Positions 24,682 through 32,804 of a DNA stretch of 64,000 bases are shown here, piece by piece. The notes under the pieces were generated by a model, which saw nothing but the letters and a program-made list of their open reading frames with translations, had not been told where the DNA came from and made no database searches. The DNA is from Acidobacteriota bacterium. GTDB lineage: Bacteria > Acidobacteriota > Vicinamibacteria > Vicinamibacterales > CAVVIG01. The number at the start of each line of letters is the position of its first letter. Position 1 is the stretch's first letter. The stretch is from positions 22,988 to 86,987 of the forward strand of contig JAFDVO010000008.1 in assembly GCA_018268955.1 (NCBI GenBank). The letters run 5' to 3'. The translations under genes were made by a program, and so were the position numbers.

Positions 24682-26949
24682 ATGTTCCGATCTGTTTCCA
24701 TCGTTGGTGCCCTTCTCTGCCTCACCGCCTCGCTTGCCAGCGCGCAATCGTCAGGTCGCCAGCCTGCGGCGGCCACTGACCCGGTCGTCACCCGCACGCC
24801 GGAAGGGCAGGTGACGATACGGGCCATCCGCGTCGCGCGCCCTCTCGTTCTCGACGGCCAGTTGAAGGAGGAGATCTACGCGCAGGTGCCGCCGATCGAC
24901 GGCTTCCTCCAGCAGGAACCTCTCGAGGGCGAGCCGGCGACCGAACCGACTGAGGCGTGGCTGTTCTACGACGACCGATACATCTACGTCGCCGCGCACC
25001 TGCACGACTCGCAGCCCGACCGCGAGATCATCACCGAGATGCGGCGCGACGGTCAGGGGACGAACGACAACGAGAGCTTCGGCGTCGTGTTCGACACGTT
25101 CCACGATCGACGTAACGGATTCCTGTTCCAGATCAGCCTCGCTGGCGGCCTCTACGATGGCTACATCACCGATGAACGGGACATGAACCGTGACTGGAGT
25201 ACGGTCTGGGACGCGCGCACCGCCCGCGTCGACGACGGGTGGACGGTGGAGATGGCCATCCCTTTCAAGTCGCTCAGGTTTCCTCCCGGGTCGCACGACT
25301 GGGGTGTGAACCTGAAGCGCGTGGTGAAGTGGAAGAACGAGAACCAGTACCTTACCCGCATGCCGGGCGCCCTTGGTCGCCGCGCGATCAACAAGCTCTC
25401 GTCTGCCGCCACGCTGGTCGGCCTCGAAACGCCGCAGGCGCGCCGAAACTTCGAGCTGAAGCCCTACGCGATCGGCGGCGTCACCACCGATCGTCCGGTC
25501 GGCGCCTCCTCGTCGAACGCCGCGAAGAGGAACGTCGGCGGTGACATGAAGATCGGCATCACGGACGGCATCACGGCGGACGTGACGTACAACACCGACT
25601 TCGCGCAGGTCGAGGAAGACGAGCAGCAGGCGAACCTCACGCGCTTCAGCGTGCTGTTCCCGGAAAAGCGGGAGTTCTTCCTCGAAGGGCAGGGCATCTT
25701 CGCGTTCGGCGGCGTGTCGAACCGGCCTCCAGGATCGGGCGCAACCAACTTCGGCAATCCGATCCCCGCCGACGTGCCGGTGATGTTCTTCAGCCGACGC
25801 ATCGGGCTGCAGGACGGCAAGGAGGTCCCGATCGACGTCGGCGGACGCGTCACGGGCAAGGCTGGCAACTACAGCATCGGCGTGATCGACATCAGGACCG
25901 GCGACGTGCCCGCCCGCGCGCTCGACCCCACCAACTTCAGCGTGGTTCGGGTGAAGCGCGACATCCTCCGTCGCAGTGCGGTCGGCATCCTCTTCACCGA
26001 TCGCTCCCGCTCGACGTTCGGCCCCGGACACGGGAGCACGGTCGGCCTGGACGGCGTCTTCTCCTTCTTCCAGAACCTGAACTTCAACAGCTACGTGGCC
26101 GCCAGCGACAACCCCGGGCTCTCGGGCGAGAACCTCAGCTACCGCGGACAGCTCGATTACAACGCAGACAAGTACGGACTGCAGGTCGAGCGCCTGACGC
26201 TCGACCAGAACTTCCGTCCGGATCTCGCGTTCACCCGGCGGACCGCGTTCGCCCGCAACTCCGCGTATGCCAGATACAGCCCGCGCCCGCACTCGACGAC
26301 CGTGCGGAAGATGTTCTACGAGGCGCAGTTCGACTACATCACGGACCCGAGCAACCGCCTGCAGTCACGGCAGGCGCAGGTGGCGGTCCGCGCCGAGTTC
26401 CAGAACAGCGACGCGGCCGCGATCGAACTGCAGCAGAACTACGAGTCGCTTGACAAGCCGTTCGAGGTCTCGCCTGGCGTGTCCATCCCGGTGGGTGGCT
26501 ACGGGTTCCGTGAAGCGCACGTGATCTACAACTTCGGCCCGCAGCGTCCGCTCTCGGCGAACGTGTCGCTCGAGCGCGGCGAGTTCTACAACGGGACGCG
26601 CACCGGCGTCAGCGCATCGCGTGGGCGCGTGCAGATTACCCCGCAACTCATGGTGGAACCCGGGATCACCCTCAACATCGTCCGCATGCCGGAAGGGGAC
26701 TTCACGTCCACGCTGGTGACCGGCCGGGCGACCTACACCGTGACCCCGCGCATGAGCGCCAGCGCGCTGATGCAGTACAACTCCACCGCGAGCACGTTCA
26801 ACACGAACATCCGTTTCCGCTGGGAGTACCAGCCGGGCAGCGACCTGTTCGTCGTGCTCACCGACAACCGCGACACGCTGACAACCGGGTTTCCTGCGCT
26901 GCGCAACCGCGCGTTCATCGTGAAGTTCACGCGGTTGTTCCGCATGTGA
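24682..26949 (+). CDS. DUF5916 family protein with CBM9-like domain (paralog 4)
   Basis: Signal peptide MFRSVSIVGALLCLTASLASAQ. Conserved blocks WDARTARVDDGWTVEMAIPFKSLRF and TDFAQVEEDEQQANLTRFSVLFPEKREFFLEGQGIF. C-terminus TRLFRM. Confidence 0.9.
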   Translation: MFRSVSIVGALLCLTASLASAQSSGRQPAAATDPVVTRTPEGQVTIRAIRVARPLVLDGQLKEEIYAQVPPIDGFLQQEPLEGEPATEPTEAWLFYDDRYIYVAAHLHDSQPDREIITEMRRDGQGTNDNESFGVVFDTFHDRRNGFLFQISLAGGLYDGYITDERDMNRDWSTVWDARTARVDDGWTVEMAIPFKSLRFPPGSHDWGVNLKRVVKWKNENQYLTRMPGALGRRAINKLSSAATLVGLETPQARRNFELKPYAIGGVTTDRPVGASSSNAAKRNVGGDMKIGITDGITADVTYNTDFAQVEEDEQQANLTRFSVLFPEKREFFLEGQGIFAFGGVSNRPPGSGATNFGNPIPADVPVMFFSRRIGLQDGKEVPIDVGGRVTGKAGNYSIGVIDIRTGDVPARALDPTNFSVVRVKRDILRRSAVGILFTDRSRSTFGPGHGSTVGLDGVFSFFQNLNFNSYVAASDNPGLSGENLSYRGQLDYNADKYGLQVERLTLDQNFRPDLAFTRRTAFARNSAYARYSPRPHSTTVRKMFYEAQFDYITDPSNRLQSRQAQVAVRAEFQNSDAAAIELQQNYESLDKPFEVSPGVSIPVGGYGFREAHVIYNFGPQRPLSANVSLERGEFYNGTRTGVSASRGRVQITPQLMVEPGITLNIVRMPEGDFTSTLVTGRATYTVTPRMSASALMQYNSTASTFNTNIRFRWEYQPGSDLFVVLTDNRDTLTTGFPALRNRAFIVKFTRLFRM

Positions 26950-26967
26950 CGTCGTCGTGCTGTCGCG

Positions 26968-28686
26968 TTGGCGCGTTGCTCGCGCTATGCTCGCGTGGAG
27001 GTGCCCGTCTCCCAGAGTTCTTCCGGTCCCCTGAGCACGGCCGAGCGGCTCGCCGTCTCACTGCTGGCCCCATTCGCGACCGTCGTTGTCGCATCCTACG
27101 TTGCGGATCGGATCGGCTTGCGGTTCCTGCCGGTGCCGATGCTCGCGCTCGCCGTGCTCTCTGTCGTCGCGGCCGCTGCCGTCGTCCGTCCGGCCCTTCG
27201 AACTCGGACCGACGTCGCGCTGTTCCTCGCAGCGGTCCTCGGCGTCTTCGGCTGGCTGCTGTGGCTTGCCTCGCCAACGCTGTTGCCGCTCAGCACCGGA
27301 CCCGACCTCACGCACCATCTCATCCTGATCCGCTTCATCGAGGAGCACTGGCGCCTCGTGCACGACCCGTCGCTCGAGCGGTACCTCGGCGAGATGGCGC
27401 AGTACACGCCTGGCAGCCATGTGCTTTCGGCGCTTGCCGGAGCCTGGTCCGGCACTGACGGGCTGCGGGCGCTCCACACGGTGCAGGCCGCGACGGTCGC
27501 ACTGAAGTCAGGCTTCCTGCTCCTGACCGGCCTGCGCCTGCTTCCTCGAACCGCGCCCAGGCCTCTGGCACTGGTCGGCGTGGTGCTGCTGTTCGCGTCT
27601 CCTCAGTACTTCGTGCGCGGCTTCACCGAATTCGGCTTCGTCGCGCAGGTCGTCGCCGAGCTCTTCGTGGTCGCGATGTGGTGGGCCAGCGCCGCCTGGT
27701 GGCAGACGCCCTCGACCGCCCCTTTGCTGGTGTTTGCCATGGCGGGGTCGGCGACATTCCTCACGTGGCCGGTCTACGTTGGGGCACCCGCGCTTGCTGG
27801 AGGCGTGCTGGTGATGGCGCAGCGGCGGATGTCAGTGGCCTCCCGCGTTCGATGCCTGCTGCTGGCGTTCACGCCGATCGCGGTGGTGGCGGCCCTGTAC
27901 ATCCTCGGGCGTCTGGGATGGCTGCAACTGGCGGGCACTGGAGGCACGGCACCGTGGCCATCCATGTCCGCGTACGGTCCCGTGCTCGTCGCACTCGCGA
28001 CGCTCGGAGTCCTGGTTGGTCTGGTGCGCACGCGTGGGCTCGCAACCCTCGTGTTCCTGGCCTCTGCCCTTCTGCAGGCTGGTGCCTTCTTCATCCTTGC
28101 CCAACGCGCGGGAGCGCCTCAGCCCTACATGGCGTTGAAGATGGGGTACCTGCTCCTGTGGCCGATGGCCGCCTGCGCGGTGCTGGCGTGCGGAGCAGCC
28201 TGGGACGCCATGGCGAGCCGCCTCGGTGCCGGCGGCGGTGAACGTCGGGCGAGCGCGGTGGTGGCGTGGGCTGTGGTCATCGCGCTCGGCGTGATCGTTG
28301 GACGACCGCTCCTGCGCAATCCTCGCCTGCTGCATCCGTTGCCGCCGGCCACGTCGCTGCCGCTGTACGATGCGGGGCGCTGGGCTCGCGCGCACGTGCC
28401 CGCCCCATGCGTCGAGTATCTCGTCGGCGACGATGAGACGGCGTACTGGCTGCATCTCGCCGTGCTGGGCAACCCACGCATGTCCCCCCGCACGGGCGAC
28501 AACCGGACGTACGAGCCGACCGATGCGGTGGTTCGCTGGCTCACGCCAGGCGGTCTCCCGTACGCCATTGCGGACCTGCCCGCGCTGCCGAGGGGGGTGC
28601 GCGACGAACTCGACGTCATGCAGGCGTTCGGCACCGCCGCCGTCGTCCGGCGGCGAGGTCCGACCTCGTGTGACCCGTCGCGGTAG
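26968..28686 (+). CDS. Polytopic membrane protein of unknown family (GT-C-like glycosyltransferase is a guess)
   Basis: 572-aa ORF starting 18 nt after paralog 4 (TTG start; GTG 26995 is an alternative). More than 10 hydrophobic helices and a soluble C-terminal tail. Followed by a GT2 gene. Confidence 0.6.
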   Translation: MARCSRYARVEVPVSQSSSGPLSTAERLAVSLLAPFATVVVASYVADRIGLRFLPVPMLALAVLSVVAAAAVVRPALRTRTDVALFLAAVLGVFGWLLWLASPTLLPLSTGPDLTHHLILIRFIEEHWRLVHDPSLERYLGEMAQYTPGSHVLSALAGAWSGTDGLRALHTVQAATVALKSGFLLLTGLRLLPRTAPRPLALVGVVLLFASPQYFVRGFTEFGFVAQVVAELFVVAMWWASAAWWQTPSTAPLLVFAMAGSATFLTWPVYVGAPALAGGVLVMAQRRMSVASRVRCLLLAFTPIAVVAALYILGRLGWLQLAGTGGTAPWPSMSAYGPVLVALATLGVLVGLVRTRGLATLVFLASALLQAGAFFILAQRAGAPQPYMALKMGYLLLWPMAACAVLACGAAWDAMASRLGAGGGERRASAVVAWAVVIALGVIVGRPLLRNPRLLHPLPPATSLPLYDAGRWARAHVPAPCVEYLVGDDETAYWLHLAVLGNPRMSPRTGDNRTYEPTDAVVRWLTPGGLPYAIADLPALPRGVRDELDVMQAFGTAAVVRRRGPTSCDPSR

Positions 28687-28723
28687 GCGGAGGACCCGCC
28701 TCATCCGGGTATCATGAACGCGC

Positions 28724-29428
28724 GTGAACCCGCTGCTCTCGATCATCGTCCCGGTCTACAACGAAGAAGCGACCATCGGCGCCGTCCTGGATCGGCTGCT
28801 CGCCATCGGCTTTCCTGTCCCGATCGAAGTGATCGCGGTGAACGACGGCTCCCGGGATGGGACGGCGGCGGCACTGGACGCCGCGGCCGCACGGAGTCCG
28901 CTGATCACGGCCGTTCACCTCGAACGGAACGGCGGCAAGGGCATGGCGCTGCGTACCGGATTCGCGCGCACGCGGGGCTCGATCGTGGCGATCCAGGACG
29001 CGGATCTCGAGCTCGATCCGGCGCAGTTGCTCACGTTGATCGAGCCGATCCTCGCCGGGCGCGCTGACGTCGTCTACGGGTCGCGCTTCCTGAACGATGC
29101 CTCGCACGTGCCGATCGTCTCGCGGCTGGGCAACGCAGGGCTGACCTTCCTGACGAACCTCCTGTACGGCACCAAGCTCACCGACATGGAGACCTGCTAC
29201 AAGATCATGCGCGGCGACATCGCGCGAGGCCTCCGGCTCACCGCGAACCGGTTCGACATCGAACCGGAGATCACCGTGAACCTGCTCAAGAGCGGCGTGC
29301 GCATCATCGAACTGCCCGTCAGCTTCTCGCCACGCTCGCGGCAGGCTGGCAAGAAGATCCGCTGGCGCGACGGCTGGCACGCCGTGGACCTGCTCGTGCG
29401 GCATCGGTTCGGAGGCAGCGGCTCCTGA
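28724..29428 (+). CDS. Family 2 glycosyltransferase (polyprenyl-phosphate sugar synthase-like)
   Basis: GTG start. Contains LSIIVPVYNEEATIG, VNDGSRDGT and IQDADLE motifs. Confidence 0.85.
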   Translation: MNPLLSIIVPVYNEEATIGAVLDRLLAIGFPVPIEVIAVNDGSRDGTAAALDAAAARSPLITAVHLERNGGKGMALRTGFARTRGSIVAIQDADLELDPAQLLTLIEPILAGRADVVYGSRFLNDASHVPIVSRLGNAGLTFLTNLLYGTKLTDMETCYKIMRGDIARGLRLTANRFDIEPEITVNLLKSGVRIIELPVSFSPRSRQAGKKIRWRDGWHAVDLLVRHRFGGSGS

Positions 29429-29444
29429 CTGGCGGCGACACGGC

Positions 29445-29645
29445 AACGCAGGAACGCAAGAACGCAGAAACGCAAAAACGCAGGAACGCAGGAACGCAGG
29501 AACGCAACGCAAGAACGCAGGAACGCAAGAACGCAAGACAGCGCGCTGGAAGATTCACGCAGTCACGCACGAGCGATTGCAGCATTCGTGCGCTCCTGTG
29601 AGCGTGCATTGTTGCATTCCTGCATTCCCGCATTCCCGCATTCCC
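29445..29645. repeat. ~200-nt imperfect palindromic element whose arms are octamer arrays
   Basis: Left arm 29445-29538 has twelve units of AACGCARR/ACGCARGA. A central bulged hairpin lies around 29556-29604. Right arm 29606-29645 has five units of GCATTCCY, whose reverse complement (RGGAATGC) matches the left unit at 6-7 of 8 positions. The element fills the gap between convergent stops at 29428 and 29651. Confidence 0.85.
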
Positions 29646-29650
29646 CCGGG

Positions 29651-30067
29651 TCAGTGCTTCGCTGGGATCTTCAATACCTGGCCCACCTTGATCTTGTCGG
29701 GGTCTGAGAGCTGGTCGCGGTTCGCGTTGAAAACCTCCATGTAGGCGCCAGCACTGCCGAGGAACTCCTTGGCGATCTTGCTGAGCGTGTCGCCGCTCTT
29801 CACGGTGTACGTCTGTGGTGCAGTCTGCGCGGCCGCTTCACTCTGGGCTGCCGCAGCGGGAGCGGTGTTCAACGGGCGGATGTCGGCGATGATGTCGGTG
29901 CGCCAGCTCGGGACGGTCTTGATGGCGTCCCAGATCCGGTTTGCCTCCTCCTGGTTCTGCACCGTCCCGTGGAAATGGAGCTTGCCGTCACGCTCTTCGG
30001 CCGCTCCCTGCATGTGCAGGCTCTTCGCCACCTGAATGGCCGCCCCGTACGTATCTCGCAATCCCAT
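29651..30067 (-). CDS. BON-like plus LysM peptidoglycan-binding protein (YgaU-like)
   Basis: Lies in ORF 29651-30268; ATG 30067 was chosen (MGLRDTYGAAIQVAK...). C-terminal LysM: YTVKSGDTLSKIAKEFLGSAGAYMEVFNANRDQLSDPDKIKVGQVLKIP. Confidence 0.8.
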   Translation of the reverse strand: MGLRDTYGAAIQVAKSLHMQGAAEERDGKLHFHGTVQNQEEANRIWDAIKTVPSWRTDIIADIRPLNTAPAAAAQSEAAAQTAPQTYTVKSGDTLSKIAKEFLGSAGAYMEVFNANRDQLSDPDKIKVGQVLKIPAKH

Positions 30068-30231
30068 AAGCACCTCGTCTGGAAGTCGTGTGTCGACCAC
30101 GGATCTGCAAGCGACAGGCCTGAGTTGCGCTGTCCGCCGCACGTGACACGCGCTCGCGCACTCTCGAGTGGACAGGCGCCGCCAAGTCGTTGAATTCACA
30201 CGGGCGCGGCACTGGCAGCGGCGTTGCTGAG

Positions 30232-31011
30232 ATGCACACTCCTCCGCACCCGACCCTGTCCAGCCCACTCGATGTGGTGTTCGTCGAGCCCTTCGGAGGA
30301 AGTCGCGATCACCTCAGGCAACTGCTCGAGTTCGAAGGGCTTCGGATCGGGACGTGCTCGGGCGATCAACTCCTGCGCGCCGCCCCAAATCACCCAGTGC
30401 GCGTCCTCATCCTGGACGATGCATCGCTGGGCGAACGGACCGTGCCGGTCGTCGACGCGTGCACCACCGGTGCGCGTGTCCGCCTGCTGTTCCTCGCGCT
30501 CGTGCCTGCTGGCGCAGACGCCCGTGGCATCGAACTGGTCGAACGCGGAGTCGATGGGTTCCTGACGGTTCCGTGTGGGGGGCGCGAGTTCGTTGCGCGG
30601 GTTCGCGCCATGCTTCGGCGGCTCGACCGCGTGGAGCGCGCGCGCTCGCACGCGGAGCGGGTCGAGGAGAACGGCGGCGACCGCGTCGTCCGCGTACGTC
30701 AGCTCGTCGTGGACCCGGCGCGGCGGCGTGTCCGCGCCGCCGACCACGAGTTGCGCCTGACGGAGCAGGAGTTCCAGCTCCTGCATGTGTTCGTGTCGTC
30801 GCCGGGCCGCGTGTTCAATCGGCAGGCACTCCTCGATGCCGTCTGGGGACGCGACACGTTCGTCACGCTTCGCAGTGTGGACGCGCTCGTGAAACGGCTG
30901 CGGCACCAACTCCACCCCGCGCTTCCGCCGGATGTTCTGGAGACTGTCAGAGGCGTCGGTTACCGGCTCAACGAAACACGCCTCGGTGCAATCACGTCCG
31001 CGGAATGCTGA
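30232..31011 (+). CDS. OmpR/PhoB-type winged-helix regulator with a degenerate (pseudo-)receiver domain
   Basis: Lies in ORF 30190-31011 (TTG start; ATG 30232 preferred). C-terminal trans_reg_C: LRLTEQEFQLLHVFVSSPGRVFNRQALLDAVWG...VRGVGYRL. In the receiver, VVFVEPFGG replaces the acidic pair, VLILDD is retained, and the conserved T/S and K positions read LALV and LTVPC. Confidence 0.75.
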   Translation: MHTPPHPTLSSPLDVVFVEPFGGSRDHLRQLLEFEGLRIGTCSGDQLLRAAPNHPVRVLILDDASLGERTVPVVDACTTGARVRLLFLALVPAGADARGIELVERGVDGFLTVPCGGREFVARVRAMLRRLDRVERARSHAERVEENGGDRVVRVRQLVVDPARRRVRAADHELRLTEQEFQLLHVFVSSPGRVFNRQALLDAVWGRDTFVTLRSVDALVKRLRHQLHPALPPDVLETVRGVGYRLNETRLGAITSAEC

Positions 31012-31079
31012 GACACGAAGTCACAGATTTTTCACCGCGCCATCACACAGGTTCAACCGGCGACCGGTTCAATGGGAGC

Positions 31080-31514
31080 ATGTTGAGTTCGCGTGTGGCG
31101 GTCACGCTTGCGTGCGTCGCCACCTTCGCTGCCTCCGCCTGCGGCGGCACTGCATCATCGACCACATCGCCGTCCACGGTGGCGGCGGACGCCACGATCA
31201 ACGAAAGCTTCGGCGCCACCATCGACGTCGGCGGCGGCGTCTTCTACTCCTTCTCCATGCAGAGTTACGGCAACGTGGCGGTCACGCTGACCGCCGTCAC
31301 CGGGACCGACCTGCCAGACGACATCACGCTCGGTCTCGGCATTGGTCGGCCAAGCGGCACGTCGTGCACGACATCGTTGTCGACATCGGCCACGCCGGGC
31401 GCGACGGCACAGTTGACCGGCGTCTACGGGCCCGGTGTGTTCTGTGTCCGGGTGTACGACGCCGGCACGCTGAGCGCTCCCATCCAGTTCACGGCCTCGG
31501 TGGCGCACTCATGA
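31080..31514 (+). CDS. Small lipoprotein, paralog A (144 aa), unknown family
   Basis: Tail of ORF 30354-31514. GGGAG lies 2 nt before ATG 31080. Signal plus lipobox AASAC, an S/T-rich linker, then a ~100-aa domain with two conserved Cys. Confidence 0.7.
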   Translation: MLSSRVAVTLACVATFAASACGGTASSTTSPSTVAADATINESFGATIDVGGGVFYSFSMQSYGNVAVTLTAVTGTDLPDDITLGLGIGRPSGTSCTTSLSTSATPGATAQLTGVYGPGVFCVRVYDAGTLSAPIQFTASVAHS

Positions 31515-31951
31515 CGGCGCGGAATCGAGGCGTTGTCGCCGTGCTGCTCTCGTTGGTGGGGCTCGCCACCGGAGCGTGCGGAGGCTCGTCCACGACGTCC
31601 CCCTCCACGACGACAGCCACGGCATCCACGGAGCTCTTCACCGGGAACCTCTCGCCCGCCGGAACGGCTTTCTACTCCTTCACCGTGACGACTGCCGGCT
31701 CGGTTGCCGTCACGCTAGCCAGCCTGTCGTCCTCCACGATCGGCCCGGCCGTTCCGGTGACGCTGAAGGTCGGCGTCGGTGTGCCGAGCGGGTTCGGCTG
31801 CGCGACGGCCAGCGATGTGGACACATCGCCACGGCTGACGGCGCAGCTCACGGTATCTGGGGCGAAGGACAACATCTACTGCGTGAACCTGGCGGACCGC
31901 GGCGCGCTGCGATCGGACGTCCGGTTCGTCATCCGGATCGTGCACACCTGA
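31511..31951 (+). CDS. Small lipoprotein, paralog B (146 aa)
   Basis: Tail of ORF 30932-31951. ATG 31511 overlaps the paralog A stop (ATGA). Lipobox ATGAC. Same conserved pattern as paralog A. Confidence 0.7.
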   Translation: MTARNRGVVAVLLSLVGLATGACGGSSTTSPSTTTATASTELFTGNLSPAGTAFYSFTVTTAGSVAVTLASLSSSTIGPAVPVTLKVGVGVPSGFGCATASDVDTSPRLTAQLTVSGAKDNIYCVNLADRGALRSDVRFVIRIVHT

Positions 31952-31952
31952 T

Positions 31953-32360
31953 ATGAGAGCGCCGCTTCCCGTGCTTGCTGTCCTGCTGTGCACCCTCTGC
32001 GGCTGCAGCACCGGTACCACCACGTCACCGACGACAACGGTCACGGCACCGACGACCGACACGTTCGCGAGCCTGCTGGTGAGAGGGGGCAGCACGTCGC
32101 GCGCGTTCACGACGTCCACAGCGGGAACGGTGCGGGTGACCCTCACCGCGTTTGGGAACGGCGGCGTTCAGGCGGGAGTGGCGGTGGGGGTTCCTGCCGG
32201 AAGCGGACCCTGCAGCCCTGCGGTGTCGGTCGTGACCGCGCCAGGCGGGTCGCCGCAGATTACGACGTCGGCCGACGCGGGCAGCTATTGCGTGCAGGTG
32301 TTCGACCCGGGAACGCTTGCGGCGGACACGCCGTTCACGATCACGATCGAACATCCCTGA
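31953..32360 (+). CDS. Small lipoprotein, paralog C (135 aa)
   Basis: ATG lies 1 nt after the paralog B stop. Lipobox LCGC, T/S/P-rich linker, same conserved pattern. Confidence 0.7.
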   Translation: MRAPLPVLAVLLCTLCGCSTGTTTSPTTTVTAPTTDTFASLLVRGGSTSRAFTTSTAGTVRVTLTAFGNGGVQAGVAVGVPAGSGPCSPAVSVVTAPGGSPQITTSADAGSYCVQVFDPGTLAADTPFTITIEHP

Positions 32361-32369
32361 CGCCGGTGT

Positions 32370-32390
32370 GTCGCTCCGTCGCGGAGCGAC
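32370..32390. terminator. 9-bp perfect hairpin between convergent genes (possible bidirectional terminator)
   Basis: gtcgctccg - tcg - cggagcgac, 10 nt after the stop at 32360 and 8 nt from the stop at 32398. No U-tract. Confidence 0.45.
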
Positions 32391-32397
32391 GATCATC

Positions 32398-32679
32398 CTA
32401 CTTGGCGGCGTCGGCCTTGCGCCGCGCGGCCCAGTACTTCTTCATGCGGTCGGACACCGCCTTTCGGTCAGCCGCGGTCCACCCGCGCTTCGATACTGCG
32501 GGAGCGCCCTGCTTCGCGGAAGCCGCCTGCCGTGCCGGCGTGCGCTTCGCGCCCGCGGCTCCCCGGCGCAGGTCAGGGAACGTCTTGAAGATCGACTCGA
32601 GCTCGTTCTGCAGTTCCTGCACGCGTGCCACGGCGCCCGCCCGAGCGAGCCGAAGCAATTCTTCACGGGAGATAGCCAC
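32398..32679 (-). CDS. Small basic protein (93 aa) with a helical N-terminus and Lys/Arg-rich C-terminus; unknown family
   Basis: Lies in ORF 32398-32796. GTG 32679 is preceded by GGAGGA at about 7 nt. Sequence: (M)AISREELLRLARAGAVARVQELQNELESIF...RGWTAADRKAVSDRMKKYWAARRKADAAK. Confidence 0.6.
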   Translation of the reverse strand: MAISREELLRLARAGAVARVQELQNELESIFKTFPDLRRGAAGAKRTPARQAASAKQGAPAVSKRGWTAADRKAVSDRMKKYWAARRKADAAK

Positions 32680-32804
32680 GTTTGATCCTCCTGAGCTGAG
32701 TGTACCTGAGAAAACGCATGCGCTTCCGGGCCCGCGTATCAAAAGTGCGCCGTGAGCCGGGTCGATTGCATCGGCGCGCGCGACGTGCAGTAGCATCTTG
32801 GGCC

